Source: Licmophora abbreviata
Lineage: Eukaryota
Direction: 5' to 3'
Assembly (NCBI GenBank): GCA_900291995.1
Contig: OLMU01002625.1
Location: forward strand, 1-36,586
DNA: 36,586 nucleotides
Of the stretch, positions 19,828 through 30,780 are shown one piece after another. The position numbers were made by a program, and so were the translations under genes. The notes under the pieces were generated by a model that was not told the origin of the DNA, ran no database searches, and saw nothing but the letters and a program-made list of their open reading frames with translations. Every line of letters begins with the position of its first letter. The stretch's first letter is position 1.

Positions 19828-20865
19828 ATGACGTCTGTGCTTGGCAATTTAAGCGCGTGGAGAGAGCGCCACGCTGCGCGACGACATCACCAGCCGCTCG
19901 AAGGCAGTCACGAACACTCTGATGAACCGGACATAGCTGTCGACGATCATCCTTCGTCCAATACCGGTAGCAACGGAGATACCTCCTCGGCTCTTCCTAG
20001 TGAAGCAGCACCTACGGTCGAACCTGTCTCTGACGATGAAGCTCTCGAGGAGGGGCTTTCCGACGAAGACGCGATTGTTCCTCCATCCGACGGGGGAGTC
20101 TTGCCTAGACGAGGCAGGACTGTCACACTAGCGGAACTGGAAGAAGAAAGGGAAATGGCGCGACGACGCACTAGTGCTTGTATTCTGATGGCAGTGTTTA
20201 TTCTCTTTCGTCTCTGGATCGAAGCACTTGCCATGCGAGACATTGGCCTCTTGTTGCTGTGCCTGGTCGGTACCAGCTGGACGGCACGCTTTGTACGTCA
20301 CAATCGCGAGCGAGAAGAAGAGCTGGATCGAAGAATCGAAGCATTTATTGAAAACGGCGGCGAAGAAAATCCAGAAATCAGCCGCGACGACTTTCGCCTT
20401 CTTTCCTTCCAAGCGCAGTTGGCGCTCGCCATGATGGAATCGCAGCGTAACATGATGCAGGGAGGATTTGGTCACCCCGATGGAAATCACAACGCGGATG
20501 ATGGTGTCAGTGACCAAGCAAAGCAGCACTGGCAGACATTTCAGCATTCGAGCAGCGCCGCTAATCCCGCGTCGGTCAAGGGAGGGTACGGTAGTGTCGC
20601 CTCGGAGGATAGCGAGGTTGGCGAAGACGACAAACTGGCGGAGACTGACGATATTCCACACTGTTCTATCTGTCTCTCGGAGTATGAAGATGGTGACATG
20701 CTGGTGCGACTGCCATGCTCTCACATTTACCATCAAGAATGCGTATCGTCGTGGACTTCCAGCCACGTCAAATGCCCCCTTTGCAACTTTGATCTCGAGT
20801 CACTTGCAGGCGATTCAGTGACCGTCACGTCGTCTACTCTTGGACCCGAGGACTCCATTGTGTAG
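19828..20865 (+). CDS. Membrane-anchored RING-H2 E3 ubiquitin ligase
   Basis: Two hydrophobic helices and a C-terminal CSICLSEYEDGDMLVRLPCSHIYHQECVSSW..KCPLC (C3H2C3). First ATG is 19828. Confidence 0.9.
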   Translation: MTSVLGNLSAWRERHAARRHHQPLEGSHEHSDEPDIAVDDHPSSNTGSNGDTSSALPSEAAPTVEPVSDDEALEEGLSDEDAIVPPSDGGVLPRRGRTVTLAELEEEREMARRRTSACILMAVFILFRLWIEALAMRDIGLLLLCLVGTSWTARFVRHNREREEELDRRIEAFIENGGEENPEISRDDFRLLSFQAQLALAMMESQRNMMQGGFGHPDGNHNADDGVSDQAKQHWQTFQHSSSAANPASVKGGYGSVASEDSEVGEDDKLAETDDIPHCSICLSEYEDGDMLVRLPCSHIYHQECVSSWTSSHVKCPLCNFDLESLAGDSVTVTSSTLGPEDSIV

Positions 20866-21440
20866 TACATTATAAACAACCTAGCTTAAAGGGTGCGTGT
20901 AACTGATTTAATTCATCTGTTATTCTGTAATCGAAATGAATTTGCTACGGTACATTGTAAATATGTCAAGGATGATGCTAGGCCAGTCTGCTAGCATGAA
21001 CAGTGTCTCTTCGACTGACGAGCTGGCCGGACTCGCATTACACTCGTCATACGCTTACCTAACGCTAATGGAGATCCAGTTGAATATTGCCCCCCTTATT
21101 TTCCCATCTGTCGCCATACAATCCCAAAGCACCAAGTCGTAGTCCAGCAGCGCAAGCTAGCTATAGTAGCACAGCTTGGTCGCGTTTTTACATTGTGCGA
21201 GTTGGAGCCGTGTTCGCAAAGGACGTCAGCGAAAAAAGCGCGCCCCACGTTATCAACGTATTGGGGCTCGAAGGATGGGACAACCCTTTCAACCTCTCAA
21301 CGGACAAACTCATCTCAAGCGCCGACTGCAGATTGCAAACTGCAGACAGAAAGTGAGACGAGGGCCGCTGCACCGATCGCATTTTTTACTTGACGAAGTT
21401 TCGCCATACTGGTTTTATTCTGGTGCTGAAACTGGCCAAG

Positions 21441-23715
21441 ATGGAAGACGGTGATGTTGGCTGGGCGGCAGAGCCGATTCGGAGGCAGAGTCCTTCTAAA
21501 GTAACCAGTGGCGCTCCCGCTCGTGGCGGCGATGAAGTAACTGAGCGGACCGCAGCCATATCCGCTCGTCTCAAACGCATCTACCGCAAAGCGGTGTTGC
21601 CAGTGGAAAAGCGATATCGTTACGACTACTTTTACGAAAGTCCTTTGCTGACAGATGTCGAATTTGATGGTAGGTATCGTCGATTTTGTACTTTGGAAGT
21701 TAGTGGAAGTTTAACTTGGCATGAACTCACGACTTGATTCCATACGTAGCCAAACCACAGGTACTCCTTATCGGCCAGTATAGCGTCGGAAAGACTTCTT
21801 TCATTCGGTACTTACTTGGCCGTGACTTTCCGGGGCAGCGTATCGGTCCCGAACCAACCACGGACCGCTTTACCGTGCTTATCAATGGTCCGGAGGAACG
21901 CACCATTCCTGGAAATGCCCTTTCGGTGCATCCCGACTTGCCCTTTCGTGGATTGGAGCGATTTGGAGTGTCCTTTCTAAGTCGATTCGAGGGTAGTCAG
22001 CTTCCCTCGAGTGTCCTGCGATCGGTTACTCTCGTCGATACCCCGGGCATCCTATCTGGAGAGAAACAACGAACTAATCGAGGGTATGACTTTACGAAAG
22101 TGGTTTCCTGGTTCGCTGAGGTGAGTGGGAGAAGCGAGCGAGAGCACAGGGGTTTCTGCTTGGTAAATTGCTTTTTTCCTTCTCGGGAATTTAACCCTTG
22201 CTCATCTATCTCTTGCAGCGAGCCGATTTGATCATTCTTCTGTTTGATGCGCACAAATTGGATATTTCTGATGAACTCAAGGGAGCGATCGATGTTTTGA
22301 AAGGTCACGAGGACAAGATTCGCTGCATCCTGAACAAGGCCGACCAGATTGATCGGCAGCAGCTCATGCGAGGTAGGTTGGAATGTTTAGGAATCAAAGC
22401 TGCTGAGCTTCTTTGCTCCATTTTTGCTAACTTTGTTTGGATCATATGGGTCGTGCAGTGTACGGTGCTCTCTTGTGGTCACTCGGGAAAACCATGTCTT
22501 CTCCAGAGGTTGCAAGGGTCTATGTCGGTTCTTTCTGGCAAGAGCCCCTTCAGAACTTGGACAATGCCCAGCTGTTTGAAGACGAAGAAAAGGATTTGAT
22601 GCGCGACCTTGCCATTCTTCCACGTCAGTCTGCCGTTCGAAAAATCAATGAGGTATGTATGTTCCGGTTGTGTCGACGGGAACCGGCAGAATTGGAGCCG
22701 CTGCTCATGTTGTATTGTATCCCCCTCTACTCTGCTAGCTTGTGAAACGTATCCGCAAGGTGAAGACGCTCGCATACATTGTCGGACACTTAAAAAAGGA
22801 AATGCCGAGTCTGATGGGCAAGGAAAAGAAGCAGCAGAAGCTCATCAGCGACTTGCCAAACGTGTTCCGTAGCATTCTGAAGAAGTATAACCTGGCGCCT
22901 GGTGATTTCCCGGTAAGAGTCATGCGTCACCTGGTCGGGTTTGGTCGAAGAAGTTCTCTTCGCCTTTGCGTCGCTCACACCGTGTCTTTCGTTCGCGGCA
23001 GGACATCCACAAGTTCTCGGAAAAGTTGAAAGAGACAAAGTTCTCCGAGTTTCATACCCTCTCGAATAAGCAGATTGAAGAACTCGACAAGGTTCTTAAT
23101 GTGGATATTCCAAAGTTGATGGAGGTGAGTTCTGTGGTCACAATCTGGCCTTTCTCCATTAATTGGAGTTCTCTGGCTTACGATTGCTTACATTGTGTCT
23201 ACGTAATGCAGGAGCTTCCGAGCGAAAAGGACTCGCCAGAAACGTTGCGCGCCAAGATGGCGTCGACTTCCATGGGAGGAGCGAGCGCGGCTGTCCCGTT
23301 GCCGACTCGAGCGTCAAAGTTTGGAAAAAAGACAGACGAATACGAATCGAATCCTTTCGGCGTGTCTGAGGCAGACGAAGACAATTACTGGGCTCTCGAG
23401 GAGTCCGCGCAAAAGCTGCAGAGGAGTTTTGAAGCACTCGGACCAGAAGGCGGCTTCTTGGCTCCAGAGACTGCGCGTGAAGTTTTGGTCAAGACGGGTT
23501 TGAAGAAGGACCAATTGCGAATGATCTGGAATCTCTCGGATATTGATCGTGATGGGTATTTTGATCTTGACGAGTATGTCGTTGCCATGTTCTTATGCGA
23601 TGCTGTGATCCAGAAAGGGCGGCCGGTTCCTTCGGAATTGCCAACCAGTGTGGTTCCTCCCAGTAAACGTGCCATTCTCGCCGAAAGGCAAGCTGCTCGT
23701 GCGGCGAGCTTCTAA
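21441..23715 (+). CDS. EHD1: EH domain-containing dynamin-like ATPase (EHD/RME-1); exons 21441-21669, 21750-22120, 22219-22372, 22459-22652, 22739-22912, 23002-23124, 23212-23715
   Basis: GQYSVGKTSFI, IGPEPTTDRF, DTPGILSGEKQ, FDAHKLDISDE, LNKADQ, an NPF motif and a C-terminal EH domain (IWNLSDIDRDG). Six GT-AG introns give 1749 nt in frame (582 aa). Confidence 0.95.
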
Positions 23716-24172
23716 GTCATTATGGTACGGTGCTCACGAGACACATGGGAAAAATGATGTCAATTGGGATCGTAGTTGAGATTATAGTTCATGAGAGTGT
23801 ATAGATCAACTATCCATACGCTAGACTGTACGCTCTTTCGATTGCGACAACCTGGCTTTGTTTCAGTCTCGCGTTAAGAAAACATCGCCGTTTGTGCTGT
23901 TGAAACTTCATCAATGTAGACATTACCTTGAGCATCTCTGTCGAGTGTAGCTTCTTCGTCATGTCGGCTTTCAGATAATAATTCAAGTGTTTTCGTGGAT
24001 GAGTACAGTCTTACACAGGACGATCGACCTCCGTGCGATCATGTTCGGTTGTTTCCCATTTCCCAATGCAACTTCTGATAAAAGAGGCTCTTGATAGATT
24101 CGAGGATATGCAGTTGATGCATCCATGTGCGAGTCAAAGCCGTCATCCCATCCTTTTCTTCGGTGCGCAATG

Positions 24173-24305
24173 ACAAGACGAGAAACTGGCTTCTCGAAAG
24201 TCCAGTGATGTATAGGCACAAGACGAGAAACTGACTTCTCATAAGTCCAGTGATGTATAGGCGCAAGACGAGAAACTGACTTCTCGAAGTCCAGTGATGC
24301 ATAGG
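24173..24305. repeat. Three-copy 45-bp tandem repeat with internal inverted repeats
   Basis: Units start at 24174, 24219 and 24264, with consensus CAAGACGAGAAACTGACTTCTCGAAAGTCCAGTGATGTATAGGC. The third copy has a 1-nt deletion. Confidence 0.95.
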
Positions 24306-24364
24306 ACTGCCCCCCAACGCTAGCATGTTACTAGCTATGTACTAGGGAGATGCCTATCATGACG

Positions 24365-25257
24365 TTATTGTATTGGAATCGCCCACTGTCCAGGTTCCGA
24401 CACTTCCGGAAGCCACTGGATAGGAAACCGATTACTACGAGCGGGACACTCGTACACCATGCCCGAGCCGAGTTCCGTCTGTTCAGCAGTTGGATCAATA
24501 AACTCCGAGAGCTTAACTGCGGCGGAGGAACAAATAAGGCCATACTCGACTGCTGAGGACTTGTGAAGAGGCGTCAGCGCGGCAGAAGAAGTGTCACCCT
24601 CTCCATTCGATGTGGCAGTGAGTCGATGGTAGAGTCGGCCGGAATGAGCCGACATGGCCAGTCTGGCTGGATGGAAGGTTTGAGTGAATGCACCTCCGAA
24701 AGCCAGAGACTTGGGTGATCCATCTTCAGCATCGATGAGAGCGTGAAAGACGATAGCGGAGTCCGCTGGTCGGACAAAGTTTAGCTCCTGACCACAGGGC
24801 GACACAAACGGGTAGTCCTCCGATACGCCCAAGCGAGCAAGAATGTCACGCTCGCGGTCGCGTGTTCTCCTCAAACGAGCAAGGAAGAAATCAAGAAAGT
24901 GGACGCTCTTGATCGATGTGGCGATATTCTTAGGGAGCGTCTCCTCTGACATACGCGACTGATTCGTGAGGCCCGGGCTGGCTATTCAGAGCAAAAGGAC
25001 GAGACATGACGGCCTGCGGTCTTACCGAGGAAAACTCGTCCCTGCAGATCGATATTATAGAAATAGTTCTTTCGCTGGAGTCCGGGCGCTGCATTCTCTT
25101 CATAGAACGATGGGGGCTTGATAATCGCAGCAAACCATTCGTCAATGTAGGTTTGGTTCACTGAAGTGCTTGATCTGAATCGCCGACAGCCATCAGAAGA
25201 AAGCCAGCAACGAGGCTGCAAACGTCGAGCGACGAGGGGCCTCACAGTCATCGCCAT
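24365..25257 (-). CDS. C8orf82/UPF0598 (DUF4505)-like protein; exons 25257-25026 and 24945-24365
   Basis: RKNYFYNIDLQGRVFL-EETLPKNIATSIK..FLDFFLARLR..YPFVSPCGQELNFVRPADSAIVF. GT-AG intron 25025-24946 joins in frame (813 nt). Arg-rich N-terminus resembles a mitochondrial presequence. Confidence 0.85.
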
Positions 25258-25721
25258 TTCTCACGTTCTTAACAGTCTTTGCCAGGAGGACGAGTCTACC
25301 AGAATTATCAGAGACAATGCGGATCTCTTCAATTTTGTTTTGATGCATGACGATTTTCAATTTGGTTGCCTTCGCAATGTCGCGCAATCGTATGATACCA
25401 GTATTGCAATGATTGTTTAACAGTTAAGATGAATTTTGATATGAGTAATACAAGAAACGAGGTCCTTTGGGTGAGATCCAAGGAGTCGAGTCAATCTATC
25501 TCTCAGTGTCTCAACAAGCGTCTGTCATTCGCCTCACACAGAGTTGACGAATTCCCTTTACAAGTTACTTGGTTACGTAGAAACAATACGGCTTTCCACG
25601 AAGGCTCTTGGGCACCGCACAAAGTACCGTTGCGGCCCAATTTCCGTGGCCTACCACGCGACATCTTTCCTGTTCTCGTTTGCTTTGGAACGGCGTTCGT
25701 CAGTGAAAAGAATTGAACAAC

Positions 25722-26484
25722 ATGAGTCTACAAAAGATCCGCAAGAGCAGTGGTGTAAGTGCGATCTCAGAGTCAGAATGGAAGGCGACCTCAACAGAAA
25801 GGAGGAGAAAACGAACGAGAACAACAGAGATGGTCCCTGTCCGTCTTGGCATGGGTTATGGGACGACCACGGCGGCGGACAACACTCATGCTGGAGCCTA
25901 TCGACACATCGGGACGCAAACTCACCGCTTTGCTTTCTCTTCCGCAATCGCAGGAACCTGATGAGTTCGAGGCCAATGTTGCCCAGGAGCTGCTGAACCT
26001 CGAGATGACCTCGACGGAGCTCAAGTCGTCCCTGCGTCACCTTTACATCACGGCGGCCAAGGAGGTCGACTGCGGCGCTGGACGAAAGGCTATCATTATG
26101 TACGTCCCCTACAAGCTTCTCTCGTCCTTTCATAAGATTCAGACACGGCTCGTTCGGGAACTGGAGAAGAAGTTCTCGGGACGCAACGTCTTGATTGTCG
26201 CCCAGCGCACCATTCTCGGGAAGTCTTATGTCCGGAACGCAAAGACCAAGGGACCTCGTCCTCGCTCGCGTACCCTCACTGCCGTCCAGGATGCTATTCT
26301 TGACGATATTGTCTACCCTACCGAGGTTATGGGAAAGCGAACGCGAGTCAAGGTCGATGGAAAGCGAATCCTCAAAGTCTACCTTGACAGCAAGGAGAAG
26401 GCCAACGTCGAGGGCAAGGTCGACACTTTTGCCGCAGTCTACAACAAGCTCACCAACAAGCAGGTCTCATTCTACTTTCAGTAA
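25722..26484 (+). CDS. RPS7: 40S ribosomal protein S7 (eS7); exons 25722-25754 and 25954-26484
   Basis: MSLQKIRKSSG-EPDEFEANVAQEL..RLVRELEKKFSG..RPRSRTLTAV..YPTEVMGKRTR. Intron GTAAGT..CAG of 199 nt; 187 aa. Confidence 0.97.
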
Positions 26485-26690
26485 ATACGACGTATGATAG
26501 TAGATTAAATTGTTGGGTCATATGATCTTTTTCTTTTCGTCGTACGTGTGATGTAGCGGCCACTCCGGTACTCCAAAAGCCGATGCTTGAAGGCAATGGA
26601 GTGCCTGTCTCAACCGGAGATCGCTCTCTCCAGGACGCTAAAAAGTCTGGCTACAACTAACACTATTCACAACGACATGTCCTGTTTTTG

Positions 26691-27729
26691 CTAGCTAGAT
26701 TTCTCCATGGACATCAGCCGACTGACCTTTTGTGCTCTCCCCGCGAAGAGAAATCCAATCGCGTACGCTGCAATAAGCGCGCTTCGAAGTCCCAACATAA
26801 ACTTTGTATTTACCTTCATAAGCTGGTCCGCTTCCGGGAGCCAGACAAAATTAAGGACAAGATTGAACACGAGCTGATATAGACAAATCACCTTCAGTTG
26901 TCGGACAGTACACACTTCGCGAATTCGCATGAGAATTAATACGTGGTTGATGGAGTGGGTCGTCGCAAGGACGCAGCTGGTTCGGGCAATCGGTGAGAAA
27001 TCGGATGCACTCTTTACAATGAACAACTTCGAAAGACCGTCCTCTTCAACGAAGGCTTGAATGGATGCCGCAATAATCAGTACATTCGCCCCCTTTTTAT
27101 TCAAGATCAGGATCGTAGGTGAGAGAACAGAAAGGCATCATTCATGATTTTTGAAACTCAATGTGCGCCTGGCTTACCTCTCCAGCGAGAATTGCCATGC
27201 CAGGCACACTCCAGGCGGCTGACATAGCTGCTGTTTTAGAGACACGGTCTCGAACGGGCTGGAATACCCAGAGACTGAGCGAGATTGCCAAGAGATGACT
27301 CAGAACTGTAAACGAGAAAAACTCTCGTTCATATGCAACACCGGATGCGAAATGCTGACATGCCATGACCAACATAACAAGAAAAGAGCAATAGATAAGC
27401 GTTCTGTGGAATCGCAATAAAGCTTTATGAGACGTTTCGTCGTCTCGCGTTGACATGATGAAACACGCCACAGTGGACAAGAGAACGTTTCTCACAAAAC
27501 GAATTCCAAGGTCGCGAATCGCGAATTCCTCAAGCGGTGAACAGTCTCCTTCGAGTCCGTCGTACATGGCGCAAGGAGATGGAAGGCTCATCCAATCTTT
27601 GGGAAACGGACGGATCTGGTAAATGCCGGAGCGACTAGGAATTCCAATGAGCAGCAGATGCAGCATGGCGCCACCGAACGGGCCCAGCAGCCGATTCAAT
27701 TTCCTGCCGAACGCACTGTTCGACTCCAT
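26691..27729 (-). CDS. Hypothetical multi-pass membrane protein; exons 27729-27178 and 27092-26691
   Basis: Two hydrophobic ORFs joined in phase 0 by an 85-nt GTAAGC..AAG intron (954 nt total). Several TM-like segments; no family recognised. Confidence 0.6.
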
Positions 27730-28169
27730 TTTGGGGTTGTCGAGTCGAGCACGATGAGTGCCACTTTTGTTTCAAATGTCAGCGGGCACGACGCAGCCAC
27801 CTAGAAAGACGAGGACATTGCAACGATGGGAACTTGTGGTGTAGCAGTGTCAGACTACTTTTCAGCTTGGTGAATGGCGCCTTCAACATTTTTTGTCACA
27901 CTTCGAACTTTCAACAGAAAAACATTGCGCGAAGGTCTGTCCTCGCCCTGCCACATTCACACGATAGTAACTCTTTGTTTCAGCCGTCCATTTTCAACAT
28001 TTGCCCCGTGCCCGCACAGAACAAAAGCATCATGCAACAAAGAGAAGAAAAGACGGCGACGATCACAACGACAGCCTCTGTCTCCACTTCCATCTTTATT
28101 AGCCAGAGGTCACACTTCCCAAGGGCCTTTTGAATCGCCGTTGTTCTAGCACAGGGAAGTACCAGCAGG

Positions 28170-29135
28170 ATGGCGAGACGATCCGCAAGAAAACGAAGCA
28201 TATCGGACGCCAGCAAGGACGATGAAGTGCCCCAGGAAGTATCGAAGGAGCGCGATGAGGGCCGTGAAGATGGCATAGCTAAACGGCAGAAGCAGCGAGA
28301 GATGCGCCGTAAGACGCGTGGAAAGATGCGAACGAGAAACGTGGGAATCGGTCTTTCCATTTCGAGTGACCCACCTCGGAGCAAGAACCGATTGGCGTTC
28401 GATGACAATGAATTCGCCACTCCGGCAAGAGAGGAACAGCTAGAAGACCCCAACGTCGACAATGGACATATCGAGGGCAGTCAAGATGACAGCGACGACG
28501 ATCGCGTGGAAGAAGTAGAAAGCAAGGTGGCCCGATCACAGGTTCTTGATCAACGCGCCTCGGAGCGCGAAAGCGCACAGTTGGAGCTTGGTCGAACGAG
28601 GAGAAAGAAGCGTCAGACCAAGAAGCAAGCTCTACTAGTTGAGGAGGACGAAACCAATTCCCAAAGCTCTGAGCAGGGCCACGATTTTGACGAAGAATTC
28701 TTCAGCCAGATTGAATCCGAGGTGAACCACGCACGTAAAGCAAGGCAAGCAAGACGGGACGGACTCGGGCGCACAGGAAAGCACACGACTTTTGTCGCCG
28801 TGAACGAAACAGAAGATTCAGAAGTGCCTACACAAAGAGATCACAGCATTGAGCTTGTTGTGCTTGGTCGTGCCAATCTTGAATCGACTGCTTCAGGGCG
28901 ACAGGGCGACTCCCTGGGTATTCCACCGTCAGAGATTTCGATGCTCTTTGGTGGGAAGATGCTGTCAAGCGGGGAGGACAACGCCCGCTTCGCAAAAGGG
29001 AAAAAGAAAAAGACGCCGACCAATGTCGCATGGAAGCGGTCTAAGAAAGCAAATACGCTGGCGTCGTCGCGGGCTAGGGTCAACAGACGTCGTGGTCGGG
29101 GGGATGCTGCCGCTCGCTTTGTCGTGAAGTCGTAG
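28170..29135 (+). CDS. Hypothetical highly charged low-complexity protein, likely nuclear or nucleolar
   Basis: 321-aa ORF with alternating K/R-rich NLS-like and D/E-rich blocks; no family confidently recognised. Confidence 0.7.
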   Translation: MARRSARKRSISDASKDDEVPQEVSKERDEGREDGIAKRQKQREMRRKTRGKMRTRNVGIGLSISSDPPRSKNRLAFDDNEFATPAREEQLEDPNVDNGHIEGSQDDSDDDRVEEVESKVARSQVLDQRASERESAQLELGRTRRKKRQTKKQALLVEEDETNSQSSEQGHDFDEEFFSQIESEVNHARKARQARRDGLGRTGKHTTFVAVNETEDSEVPTQRDHSIELVVLGRANLESTASGRQGDSLGIPPSEISMLFGGKMLSSGEDNARFAKGKKKKTPTNVAWKRSKKANTLASSRARVNRRRGRGDAAARFVVKS

Positions 29136-29210
29136 GGCAGCATGAGATATCTCAGTCGAGTTATAATAGCAGACCTGAACTATATGTTAGCCCTGCTATG
29201 GTATATTGTA

Positions 29211-30493
29211 CTAGCTAGTAGACAAAAGTTTTACTTTTTCCGCAATGACCTGCTCGAGCTTTTCAGTTTCGGCAATGAAGGCGCGGATTCCTTCAGCCAT
29301 TTTGTCCGTACCACAACCGTCTTGGTTTAAAAGATAGCGGAATTCTTTTTCCTCCAACATCCCGTTTCCAATGAGTGCAAGACCAGATGATTCAGCAGTC
29401 GCTGGATCGAGGACTCGCGGAAGGGGTTCCTCGCTAGCAGCAAGTTTCTCGAGAAGTGGTGCCGGGATTGTCATCCTGTCTACTCCGGCAAGGGCACGAA
29501 TTTCGTCTAAATCATATCCTGGACCACGAGAAGGCCTCCAACTAGCTGGCATGCATATTGTCTTGTGCCCGTGGCACTGAACACACATTTGAGACGATTT
29601 GCAGCATGGTGAGCGGGGCACGTCAAAATTTAGAAGACCGCAAAGTAAGCCTTCGTCTAACTCGTACATACCTTGTAATAATCATACATTTGTTTGACTG
29701 CAATCACGCCCTCATCTTCTTCGGGAGGGACACCGACATCCGCCGGTCTCCCCTCCGCAATCTTGTACCAGTCGAGAATGCGTCCAGGAAATGGCGAGAT
29801 CAAGTGTGCTCCACGCTGAGCACATGCGACGGCTTGAACGAATGAGAAAATGAGAGTAAGATTGCACTGAATTCCTTTCTGCTGCAGCTGCTCCGCTGCT
29901 AGAATCCCCTCCCATGTCGCCGCCAGCTTGATGAGCACGCGTTCCCGAGGCACCCCGATTTGTTCGTACATGTCGATGATGCGTTCGCCTCGTTCGACAG
30001 AGGCGTCTGTGTCGAACGACAGACGAGGATCGACTTCTGTGGAGACATATCCAGGGACAATCATGGCTATGGCAGCCCCGAGGTTGACTGCAAGGCGATC
30101 AATTGCAAGCGACACAGTCTCGTGTTCTGCCGGTAGTCCGGCCGAGACTGCGAAATGTACAGCACTGTCCACCAGCTCTGCGTAGGTCTTATCACCACTT
30201 AATCCCGCTTGCGATATGAACAAAGGATTCGTGGTAGCGTCGGTGATGAATCCAGTTTTTGCGTAAGCCTCGATAACTTTCAAATCCCCAGAGTCGATAG
30301 AAAGAGTCGTCATGCTCGCGAGCTGTGCCAATTGAGACGTTTCAGAAGCCTTGGTCATGGACAACTCTGTGCGAGACATGCTTCGCAAGGACGAGTGCAA
30401 AGGCACCGTCGTGGCGCGGAAACATGATGCTGGAACCGTCCAGCATACAAGCAAGGACGTGAGGAAGACTCTGACTCTTAGAATTTCATGCAT
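29211..30493 (-). CDS. TAL: Transaldolase, plastid-targeted; exons 30493-29672 and 29576-29211
   Basis: IDSGD, DATTNP, VSTEVDPRLSFD, IKLAATWEGI (Schiff-base Lys), CNLTLIFS, ISPFPGRILDW and KMAEGIRAF. 95-nt GTATGT..CAG intron; presequence VPASC-F. Confidence 0.95.
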
Positions 30494-30780
30494 GGTTCAT
30501 CACTTTGTTGTCGGTTGTTGGATATCGTTTGTGTTGCTGTATCTTTTGGCTGTTGATCTTTTCCGAATTGGTGTCGGAGGGAGAGTTTCTACACACACTG
30601 CAGTACATAATGGCCGTGGAACGTGAAGTACGTCAGTGTGACGGAAAATTATGAGGTCTTGAAATCTCGCAGCGAATGTGGCGTGCCATCATATGAATCA
30701 TGGGCAACAACAAAGAAGCACACAACTTGAGGCTGCCTCGGATCGATTCGATTGGATCCGTTTGCATCCGTCTCGTAAGC

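Noticed and set aside
24173..24305. CRISPR array
   Set aside because: The units are contiguous with no unique spacers, there are no cas genes, and the context is eukaryotic.
28170..29135. Assignment as a Bud21/NOL7-like U3-associated protein
   Set aside because: Only compositional resemblance; no motif I can verify.
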